Assembly (NCBI GenBank): GCA_002269645.1
Contig: NIVC01004535.1
Span: forward strand, 1 to 42,879
Direction of reading: 5' to 3'
Length of the DNA: 42,879 bases
Source of the DNA: Macrostomum lignano
Lineage: Eukaryota
In this document: positions 1 to 10,568 of the stretch, in pieces
Layout of the letters: each line of letters opens with the position of its first letter
Numbering within the stretch: the stretch's first letter is position 1
Position numbers and translations under genes: made by a program
The notes under the pieces: generated by a model
The model's database searches: none
Told to the model about the DNA's origin: nothing
What the model saw: the letters and a program-made list of their open reading frames with translations, nothing else

Positions 1-3000
1 GCCAGTCCAGTCACTAAGCCGTCGAAACCAAATCTAAAGTCAAGCTGCAGGTAATCCTGGCACGCCATCCGTCGCTAAGACTGGCAAAAATTATGCAGAG
101 CTTGAGTGGACTAAACCGTTAAATAAGGCGGATCAAGGCTACTTGGCTTCAAGGTAGAAAAGCGTCGAATAAATGGAGACTGGAAGCCAGTTTTGACTCT
201 TCCAGGATCTGCTACTGACGCCTTGGTTGACGGTCTGGATGAGAACGGGGATATGAGTTTCGTGTGACGGCGGTCAATGCTGCTGGAGAGGGCGATCCTT
301 CGCCGGCGTCATTGCCCACTCGTGTAGTGGACAAGTTGTCAGGCATTGCGCCAGAGTTCCTCACTCGGCTACAATCAGCTGGAGGACCCGTTGGCGGAGC
401 GGCCGCCTTCTCGTGTCGCATTGATGGCAAACCGCCGCCGCAGGTGCGCTGGTTTCGGAACGGCATCGAGTTGCGCCCGTCTTCCTCGGTGCATATGACA
501 AGACGGAGATTTGATTAGCGTGGAATTCTCCAACCTCACAGAGAGCGACGCTGGAGAAATAACGTGCGAGCTGTCCAACAAAGTAGGCAAAGAAGTCACA
601 TCGGCTCGTCTATCGGTTCAAAAGCCACCCCGAGTCGACAAGGTGGTGCCAGATCAAGTCGGTGACACGGGTGAATTAGTTAAGTTTAAGGTGTTTTTTT
701 CTGGTAACGGACCGATGCGGCTATTGCTGAAGAGAGGCAGCACAAATCTCACGGACTCACCAAATGTGAAGTTGCAGGAGTTCGACGACTATATTTTAGT
801 GCAGCTGAAGGATCTGCATAGAGAGGATAGCGGGGACTATCGCCTCGAGATTTCAAATGACAGCGGTTCTACTAGTGTGCCATTCAATCTGAAGGTGCGC
901 GCAAAGCCTGGCATCATAACTGGCCCTCTCGAGGTGGCCGACGTGACAAAGAACTCCTGCAAGCTTACCTGGAAGCCGCCTAAAGACGATGGAGGGTCGA
1001 AAATTACTCATTACGTTGTAGAGCGACAGGAAGTTGGAAAGGACAATTGGATTCCTGTTACTTCGCATTGCAAGGTAATCTCAATATTTTATTATAGTAA
1101 ACACGTCTGACTGTCACACCCATGAGGGCCAACCCCCAAGGCACAGAGGGTGTACATGCCTGACGATTAGAAAGTCAGGGCCGTTGTACACCCTGTGTGA
1201 GCGTGTGTATGAGTGCGTGCTTGCGTACAGTGTCCATCAATGTGCTCAGGAGTCAACAAAATGAGCAGAATTGCCTCAGCGCTATTTGTGGGACGATTTC
1301 GCCGAAGGCGCTGGACCAGGATGCCCAGGAGTATTATGAAGTACAAATATTTTTACTTATCAATACATGTTGGTAAAGTTATTGTTGATTTATAGTCCGC
1401 TGTACAAGCTCATGATGACAATCTTGTATACTACAAATGCTGCGCCAAGAACAAACACGGCAGGCAAAATTATGGCAGCCGCGCCCAAGCTGCTGGCCTG
1501 GTAGGAGGCAACGTTATTGGCAACAATCGCCTGCTGAGCCTGAAGCGCAGACTGCGCTGCAGTTGTTGAATTTGTAGCATTAGTTGTAGCAGTTGTCGAA
1601 GTAGTAGGGATGGTCGATGTACCGGTAGCAGTGTCTGCTCTTACATTCTCTGTTGTCGGTAGCAACGCTTCTTCCTCGAGGGGCACTCTCGTTGTGGTCG
1701 TATTTGATGCCGATAACGGGTGCGTCAGTAGGCTGATTGTGAAGAAATATAGTAGCATTTTATTCACTCCCTTATTCGGGTAAAGCTCTCGTGGATAAAA
1801 TTAGCCTGTAAGCTGAAGCTTGAACCAAAGGGATTATATATCAACTTCACTTTTCCATTGCAGGACACTCAGGTTGATGTGCAAGGTCTACTGGAGAATT
1901 CCGAGTACAATTTTCGTGTGTACGCAGTGAATGAGAACGGTGCTAGCGAGCCGCTAACAACTCTGGCCTCAATTATAGCCAAAATGCCGTTTGGTAAGTC
2001 AAACAATGGCAAGCTGCTCCGCAGTGACAATGTAGCCTACTGATGGTTTTATATCCCCACATAATTTGATCCCCTAGAAGCTACGGGTCGCAATGTTTGC
2101 TCTTCCAATCAGTGGATTACATCTGTGTTTTCCATCGTTTTGGATACTACCCTAAAGTGCACAGAGGCATGGTAGAACGGTCCAGACACTGATAAGTCAT
2201 TTAAATAGTTATTTTATTTTACCAAAATTCATTTTTTGGCCTCACAGTGGAGGTTTTTTAGATGCGATTAGTCTAAAAAGTCAGCGTAAAAACTCTTCAT
2301 GAAGAATGTATCATGCATGGTTAAAAATTTCGAAATGAAAAGTGCTTTTAAGTACACAAAGTAGTTTTTACTTTATGAGTTTGACTCAGCTGCAGGGGGT
2401 TGGTTCCGGACATTCAGATACAACGGGCGGCGTCGACGCCCATCCCGCTAACCCCTGGCTACTATTTGAGCTTAGGAACACGCTAAATATTTACTACGAG
2501 GTATCATCATAAACTTTAAAAGTTAAAAAACTCGCTTGCCAACTTTTTAGACAATCCCAAGTGCCCCGGCAGTCCAGAAGTCGAAGAGGTTGGCGAGGAT
2601 TTCGTTTCTATCAGCTGGTCGAGACCCATTAGTGATGGAGGCGGCAGGATAACGGGTTACTACGTGGACAAACGCGAAGCTGGAACTGACAATTGGACCC
2701 GCGTCAACTTTGCTCCAGTGCAGACAACCATTCTAAATGTTGCAAACCTGATTGAGGGCAAGGATTACGAGTTCCGGGTATTCGCTGAGAATGAGGCCGG
2801 TCTAAGTTCTGCTTCTCAGACTTCCAGGAAAGTCACCGTCAGAGATCCAGATGCGCAGGTGCTTCCCGAGTTTGTGTCACAATTAAATCGCCTTCAGGTA
2901 AAGGAAGGCAAGAAGGCAGAGTTTCAAGTAGAATTAAAAGGCACAACGCCATTTCAAGTCGCTTGGTACAAGGGCGTTCGAGAGCTGAACCCTACTGGCC

Positions 3001-6000
3001 ACTACGACATTGGAAGAGACGGCAACAAATACTTCCTCGTAGTGAATAGCTGTTGCATTGAGGACTCCGACGAATACAGCATCAGGGTTACTAATAGAGC
3101 TGGATCCAGAGCCAGCCGGGCAGCTCTTTCTGTCCAATCCGAGCCGAAGATCAAGAAGCCGGCTCGATTCGACGCGCCAACAGTGATGGACAAAGGCGAC
3201 AGCCTGACTATCAAGCTCCCACATACTGGCTGCCCAAAGCCAACAGCTGAATGGAAGCTAAACGGCAAAGTGCTGAAGCCTGGCTCGCAAAAATACGACA
3301 TCGAGCTGAAAGAGCGTCACTGCCTACTGACCATTAATGACTTGAGTCGGAGCGATGCCGGTGTGTACACCCTAGACTTGCAGAATGACCTCGGTACCGC
3401 TAGTGCAACCATCGAGGTGAAGGTAAACGACAGGCCTGAACCGCCTCGCAACCTACGCGTAGAGTCCATTACGGACATCAATATTGTACTATCCTGGCAG
3501 CCAGCTGTGGACCCGATAGAGAGCGGTGTCTACATTAGCGGCTACTTTGTAGAGAAACGCGAACTGCCAAATGGAAACTGGGTCCGATGCGGTCAGTCGC
3601 GATTCTGCCAGGCCAGCATTGACTGCCTTGTAAAGGACAAGCAGTACGAGTTTCGCGTTGTAGCTGAGAATCTCTACGGACGCAGCGATCCATCCGTTGC
3701 GAGCGGGCCGCACAAGTTAGCTGAGCCGCCAGCTCCAGTTCGCAGGTCCGGCGGCGAAGGCAAACTGGTTGACGGTTTGAAACGGCGCAACAATGGAATT
3801 CTAAAGCCGGACAACTACGACAAATGCTACAATAATTTGTGGGATTGTCACAGGCCTCATCCAGTGACGATCAAGTCTGGCTCTGTATATGACAGCTACG
3901 AGATTCTGGAAGAGTTAGGCAGTGGAGCTTTTGGTGTTGTATATCGTTGCAAAGAAATTGCCACGGGACAAATTTTCGTGGCCAAGTTCATTGATACACC
4001 GCTAGCTATTGACAAGCTAACGGTGAGAAATGAGGTCAACATTATGAACATGCTGCATCATCCGAAACTGATTAACCTTCATGATGTTTATGATGACGTC
4101 AAGGAAATGGTCCTCATCATGGAATTCCTCTCCGGCGGCGAAGTATTTGACCGTATCGCCGACAACACTTACAAGATGTCTGAAGCAGAAGTTGTGAACT
4201 ACATTCGCCAAGTGTGCGAAGGATTGAAGCACATGCACGAGCAGGGTGTTGTACACTTGGATATCAAGCCTGAGAATCTAATCTGCGAGACTTCTAAGTC
4301 AGCTAACATCAAGATCATCGACTTTGGCCTAGCCACAAAGCTGAGTCCAGACGAGCCCGCAAAAGTGACGACGGCAACGGCAGAATTCGCGGCCCCTGAA
4401 ATTGCTGAAAACGAGCCTGTCGGTTTCTACACTGATATGTGGGCCGTTGGAGTTTTAGCCTACGTGCTGTAGGTTTTCTAATAAGCTAATGAACTATTTC
4501 TACTAGCTCGTAAATTTTAGTTTTATGAACTTGCATGGGTGCATTTTCAATTTCAGACTAAGTGGCTTATCACCATTTGCCGGAAATGACGACTGCGACA
4601 CTCTGAACAACGTGAAAAGATGCGATTGGGATTTTGGAAAAGACGCATTCAACAACGTATCCGAGGAGGCAATGGATTTCATTAAGTGCGTGTTACAGAG
4701 GAAGCCTGAGAAGAGACTTACAGTGCATGCCGCACTAGATCACCCCTGGCTTCTGAGCAAGCAAGATGGCATGGACAAGAGAATTCCACCAAGCAGATTT
4801 GAGAAGTTTCGCCAGCGAATGCAGGACTTGCATGTGAGTAAAATTTTCTAACAGTGATTTACCGAAGCTGCTGACCTAAACTGCACCATTCTTTTATCTT
4901 TTTAGCCCAATTGGTTTGGCAATCTGGGCATCGCTCGTCTGGCCGACTTTGGTTCTCTAAAGAAGCTAAGAATGAAAGACTACTCAATCCACGAGACTAC
5001 TTTCGGTACGTCAGTCGTTATCTTGACTTTATGTTTTTCTGAATTTTACGCAATTAAGGCAGAAAAATTGGTAAATACAAGTAAACATTAAATTTAGATC
5101 GCAAAGAAGCCGCCCCTCGATTTGTGATGCGTTCGCGCAACGCCTATTGCGTCGAAGGTCAGAACGCAGTGTTCGAATGCAAAGTATTGTCAGTCTCCCC
5201 GCCGCTGGTGTCCTGGTTTCGCGGCGACGAAGCGCTGGCCCAGTCGCTGAAGTACATGCAGCGCTATGCCGGTAACGACTTCTCTCTGAAAGTGAACAGA
5301 GTGAAAAAATGTGACGCTGGAGAGTATCGCGTCAGAGCAGAAAACTCGTTCGGTTCTCGTGAAGTTACTATTCAGCTGCACGTAGAGCCTATAGCCAATC
5401 GCGAGACAATGGAACCGCCAGAAATTCCGTTTATTTCGCGAAAAAAGAAATCTCCGACACCACTGTTGGAGCTGTGGCGGGAGCCAGATCGTCCCGCCAG
5501 GATCACATTCCCACTGCGGAATCGCTTCATTCAGGAGGGTGGCTTCGTCAAGCTGAGCTGCACATTTGATGGTTTTCCAGCGCCAAATGTGGTTTGGCTG
5601 AAAGATGGAGCCGAACTGTCGGCTAAAAGCAAGACTGACTGCATTTTAAAGATCGACAGCGGTGTTACTAGTCTGGAGTTTTACTCGTCTACTGTACAGG
5701 ACTCTGGAAGCTACACCGTGCGAGTTGAGAACGCGAAGGGAGCTGATGAGACGACATGCAAGCTGGACGTTTACGGTGGCCGAACCCGACTCAATAGTGT
5801 CGGGGCTGGGAGAGCTTTCTCCGTGACTCGTCAAAAGGATTCCTTCAGTGTCGACAGATTTACAACCGAAAGTTTCTCGACTATGAGTAGGACGAAAAAG
5901 ATGAGTACAATTAACGGAGGCATCATCCATGAGGAGAGGTACTATCTAGAGACACACAGAACAGGAAGCAAATTGTCAAATGCAAAGATACTTGCCGTTC

Positions 6001-7392
6001 CCAAGTGCACAAAGCCTCTTGCGCCAAATGTTCAGGTGACTGAGGGGGAAAACGTGCAGATGGGTTGCGAATTCGAAGGTGAAGAGTTGGAAATTAATTG
6101 GGATCTCAACCGTGTCAATATTCGTCCTGAAGGAACCACTCAAATTAAAACAATTAACGGAACGTCCAATATCACATTGTTCGAAGCTGTGCTAAGAGAT
6201 TCTGGTCTGTACACTTGTGCTGCAACGAACAGTTCTGGCACAGAGAAGACTTCGTGTAGCCTTCACGTGGCTGAGAAGCCGAAGACGACAGTTAACAACA
6301 ATCATCATCAAGCTCCAGTCCGAATTCAGGAGCATCCAAGGTCTATAATTGTCAACGATGGCGATCCATTTGAGCTTATCGTCCGACTGGAATCTGGAGA
6401 CCCCGGACTATGTGCCAGGTGGACACTCGATGGTAGTCCAGTCTCTGATGACTTTGAAATTGTCTCCGATCCCAGTGCAGGAGTGTTTCGACTCAAATCG
6501 CCCGAGGCACTCTATCCAGACGACAGCGGCAACTACCGAGTGGAGCTGCTACCAGAAACTGGTCTGGCCACCCAGTGCACCGTCTGCGTGCGACCGCCGC
6601 CTGAAGAAGAAGCCGAAGAAAGTTGGGCAGCCATCGGCTTTTCGAGAGTTTTCCAAACTCAGTCACCATTGACGAAGGAGAATCTGTGGTTGTTAGCTGC
6701 CGCACGAAGCAACCCATAAAAGGTAAAAAACCAATGATTCTATTGATAGCTCTGCGGTAACCTTCTTACTCCCTTGCCAAAGAACTTGAGTTCGATTCCT
6801 TTTTACAATAAATTCAAGCCTTGATTGAAGCAGTTCCCAAAGCGGAACTAACTGTAAAATAGACTGAAGACAAGGTTCTTTGTGTCACAAAATTAGTAAA
6901 GCATTGTTATAATAAAGGTTTTGCTACCAACGCAACGCACTGAGAGTGTTAGTTAAGTACCAAGTTAGTTAGTGTTTTTATTTTCAGAAGCTACGTGGTT
7001 CAAAGATGGCTCCCAACTGCTGCCAACGGAAGACGATCGAATAAGCGTTATGTGCATTGGCGAATGCGACTTGAATCTGAGCATCCGCGTTGGTTTGAGC
7101 ACTGACTCAGGCTTCTACGAGCTGAGAGTCGTCGCAACATCCGGGATGACTGGATTAGCGGCCTTCAGTCTGCAGGTAATTCCTATTTTATAATTGAATA
7201 GCTTGAGCTACTGCATCATTCTATCATTAGAAAATAGATAAACAAGTCAAATATATATACTCGTACGTTCTAGGGTTGTCAATCTCAATAGAAGTCAGCC
7301 AAGCAATTCGCTGCGGTTTGTTCCAGATACTTCCAGGAGAGGAGCTGAACCACAGCGAGCTGGCGAGCATCCTCGAGAGTCACTTGAATTGA
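1..7392 (+). CDS. unc-22: Twitchin/projectin-like giant muscle protein kinase, 3' part (5' end outside window): Fn3/Ig repeats, CAMK-type kinase, autoinhibitory tail, five C-terminal Ig domains
   Basis: Hand-built exons with GT-AG ends and matching phases: <1-1074, 1864-1993, 2551-4468, 4557-4833, 4906-5005, 5098-6722 (frame change near 6600-6650), 6988-7175, 7327-7392 (ILPGEELNHSELASILESHLN*). Fn3 motifs: LTWKPPKDDGGSKITHYVVER, YEFRVFAENEAG. Ig I-set motifs: D.G.Y.C/L. Kinase motifs: LGSGAFGVV, FVAKFI, HLDIKPEN, DFG, TAEFAAPE, LSGLSPFAG. Kinase followed by five Ig domains is the twitchin/projectin architecture. Three small frame changes in 120-510. Confidence 0.93.
1116..1186. repeat. Short dispersed repeat, copy 1 (copy 2 at ~14994-15066)
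   Basis: CACACCCATGA-GGC..CAACCCCCAA.GCA.AGAG..TG.ACATGCCTGACGA.TAGAAA.TCAGGGCCGTTG is shared between the two loci with a few substitutions. Confidence 0.75.
1390..1758 (-). CDS. Small secreted/type I membrane mucin-like protein nested antisense in twitchin intron 1075-1863
   Basis: ATG at 1758, TAA at 1390, 122 aa. Signal-peptide-like MLLYFFTISLLTHPLSA, Thr-rich ectodomain with NTT/NAT/NST sequons, hydrophobic helix LGAAAIILPAVFVLGAAFVVY, short tail. AATAAA on the minus strand at 1088-1093. No homology recognised. Confidence 0.6.
   Translation of the reverse strand: MLLYFFTISLLTHPLSASNTTTTRVPLEEEALLPTTENVRADTATGTSTIPTTSTTATTNATNSTTAAQSALQAQQAIVANNVASYQASSLGAAAIILPAVFVLGAAFVVYKIVIMSLYSGL
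3897..4752 (+). other. Protein kinase domain of twitchin (interrupted by intron 4469-4556)
   Basis: Runs from YEILEELGSGAFGVVYRC to ALDHPWL. VAIK-equivalent Lys (VAKF), catalytic loop HLDIKPEN, DFG and APE are all intact. Confidence 0.95.
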
Positions 7393-8264
7393 TGTTGACA
7401 CATTCGGCGGAATGAAATGTTTCGAGAGATACTTTTACTGTTTATCTATCAATTTCGCGAGTGGAAATTTCTATCAACGCAGTTTAGAGCGTATTTTCGA
7501 ACCGCAAACTCCTTTTTAATGAACTTTTCTTCTCTCCGAATAGAACAGAAACAAATGGTCGGGTGAAATCTGCCTAAAATAATTCTGATTTTATTTTTTC
7601 GATTTTCTGTTCATGCTGTTTACATGCACTCGTAGTTCATGTTATTTGTATGCGAAGTGATCAGCCTTCATTTTCGTTTATTTTGGTATGAGAATTATTG
7701 AAATCGTCATTACTATTCGACTATTTCTCTCTGTCCCTTATCAATACCGTTTGCTCATTTACTAAACTCTGCATAAACCTGCTTCCCAACTACCAGTTAA
7801 AAAGTATTACACTTGCTACTAACCCTGTCACGCGAAAAATACAGTAATTCTCCTCTGTCCTTGACTGTTTATTCACGTTTTAAATGCAAAACGCTTTTGG
7901 TGACGGTTTCCGTATATTTTATCAGAATTTTGCTGACCGCAGCGCTTCAAAAATTATTAACAAATTTTGCTTGTAATGCTAACTGATTTTGTGCTTAGTC
8001 AAATTTGGAATACTGTCAGGATATTTTTTAGACCAAATGTGACTACCATGAGTAAATGGAGCAATTTTTCAAGATCACTTATGTGCAACGAAGAGGTCTA
8101 ATAGCACAGTGGGTAAAGTTAACTTAAGTTAAGCAGAGTTAGCCACCGGTTAGTACGCAGATAATTGGGCTGCTTGAGTCGAACTGAGTGAGGGGCTTAG
8201 GCTGAGCGCTATGGCGTCAGTGGCGTACGGAGGAATTTTAATTGGAGGAGGGCCGCAACCCTAA

Positions 8265-8815
8265 GGGTCTCTTCATGGACACCTGGTCTCTTCATGGACA
8301 CCTGGTCTCTTCATGGACACCTGGTCTCTTCATGGACACCTGGTCTCTTCATGGACACCTGGTCTCTTCATGGACACCTGGTCTCTTCATGGACACCTGG
8401 TCTCTTCATGGACACCTGGTCTCTTCATGGACACCTGGTCTCTTCATGGACACCTGGTCTCTTCATGGACACCTGGTCTCTTCATGGACACCTGGTCTCT
8501 TCATGGACACCTGGTCTCTTCATGGACACCTGGTCTCTTCATGGACACCTGGTCTCTTCATGGACACCTGGTCTCTTCATGGACACCTGGTCTCTTCATG
8601 GACACCTGGTCTCTTCATGGACACCTGGTCTCTTCATGGACACCTGGTCTCTTCATGGACACCTGGTCTCTTCATGGACACCTGGTCTCTTCATGGACAC
8701 CTGGTCTCTTCATGGACACCTGGTCTCTTCATGGACACCTGGTCTCTTCATGGACACCTGGTCTCTTCATGGACACCCCAGTCTCTTCATGGACACCCCA
8801 GTCTCTTCATGGACA
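8265..8815. repeat. 19-bp minisatellite (GGTCTCTTCATGGACACCT)n, about 27-28 near-identical copies
   Basis: Unit read directly; only the last 2-3 copies diverge (CCCCAGTCTC). The long ORFs here are a by-product of a stop-free unit. Confidence 0.97.
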
Positions 8816-10568
8816 CACCCTGTTTCTTGGGCCGCTGGATGCAGCAGCACTGATCTTCGGTAGAACTACAGGGCAGGAGTTGCAATCCCACAACCTCAGC
8901 TCTCACTGTACAAGATGTCTTCAAACTGTGCACAACCCTTGGATGCTGCACCTTTCTATGCAAAATAGTAAATCCACGTAAACTAAAATTTTAAGCTTGC
9001 ATGCTTCCAAACTGAGCTATTATTAATTGACTAAATAAGTACCTTATGCTTCATACTAACTTATTCTTACTATGAAACCGTCATTCGTTGAGTAACAATA
9101 TCGTGTATGACTAGTAAATTTTTTAACGATCAAAACGTACTGTACTATTTGCGCAACTTCACGAATAATCTTAATCAACAATTCAATTTCAAACACGCGT
9201 GCGATTTTAAATTGCGTTTTTCGGTTTTTGTTTGCTGACAAATAATTGCTGTTTTTTTAATTTAATGAGAATGGCAAGTTTGTGAAGGTTAACCTTGCTA
9301 TTGTGTTGTTTAAGGCGATTATTAAATTAAGAAGCTGCAAAAAAGTTTCGTTACAAGGCGGAACGAACAAACCTGCCTGAAAATATTTGTTTAGTTTTTA
9401 CTCTCTTAGCTGAGATTATTTTGAGGCACCAATTTCCGGGTGTAGTGCTAGCTATAGGCTTAAAAATATCACGCGACACGACCAGTTGAAGGAAATTCCG
9501 GCGCAACCTCGGAACAGCCAGAATAAGAGGGGCAGAGAGGGATCAGGTTACTTCTTCTGACTAATTCTTGAACTGTCCGACTCAATCACTGAGCAGTGAG
9601 TTGGGCCCACACGCGCTTCTACTACTCCAGGGGTCTCAGCGGCTGCAGCTGGACAGGGGATTATTGCACAGCCGCGTCAGTCGCGAGAGACGACAGGATT
9701 TCCCACCAGCTTTTATTTTCTGGGCGACGGAAGGACAGAATGATGAAGAAAAAATACTAGACGACTTTGGGGGGAGGGGCGAGTGCGGGAATCACAATTG
9801 ATTAGAGCCAGTGAAGCAAGCCAACAACGCTCCATCTTCGGCCTCTTTCATATTCTCAGCGTCTCACCCTCCCTCCTGCCCCTCTCACTCGCGCTCTCAC
9901 TCGTTCTCTCTTCGTTATCGATGGAGCAAAATTGAATCGTCCAGGGGAAAAGTTATCCCCGCGGCAAATTCACTTATCTCTCCTCACCCACCCGGTACGG
10001 ACTCCTGTAGATCCCTCTGCCCTCCCCTCTCCATTCCGCCTCTCCTTCTCGTCAAGGACAGGAGGAGGGGAGGGTCGGAGCACGCAGGATTGGCTTGTCT
10101 AGCTGGGCGCCTGTTAGAACCGAAGAGGGTCTCAATAAGCGACCAATTTTGACGGAACATCGGTAGAAATATCCCAACTAACCCCCACCCCCCTGTTTCA
10201 CCAAAGCACTTCTCCAAAATCCTTCTCAGCCCCGCTGTTGGGGAGGGACTCTCATTGTCCGCAGATCCAATCTTGCAGCTAAGTTCTGCTTCGATCCCAG
10301 AAACGCGACTAACAGTGGTTTGCTCTCCCTCTCTCCCTTCTCCCTCTCTTTCGCTCAATTTACCGTCTCTTCATTTTAACAGCATAGAGCCAGAGAGCAA
10401 AGAAGACAGAGCAGATCAGAACGGTTGCCTGCCTCTCCAAACGAAGAATTACATTTTGTTGGCCAGAATTCACCGTGCTATCCTTCTCTCCCTCCGAAAA
10501 AAGTGGGATAAAAGTAGCATCGATTCGAGCTGGTGCTTGAGCAGTCAGCCAGCAACACTTCGTCAGAG

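Noticed and set aside
2394-2458. Small hairpin (CAGGGGGTT…AACCCCTGG with internal palindrome GGCGTCGACGCC) in a twitchin intron
   Set aside because: Too short, single copy in the window and no TSD, so it cannot be called a MITE or RNA element.
8218-8853. CAGTGGCGTA, a possible hAT/MITE terminal inverted repeat enclosing the 19-bp array
   Set aside because: The only candidate partner (…GCAGCACTG at ~8845-8852) shares just CAGTG, and no 8-bp target-site duplication is present.
8242-8981. Three overlapping 190-220-aa ORFs; repeat array resembling CRISPR
   Set aside because: They are translations of a stop-free 19-bp tandem unit. The units are contiguous with no spacers, there are no cas genes, and the context is eukaryotic.
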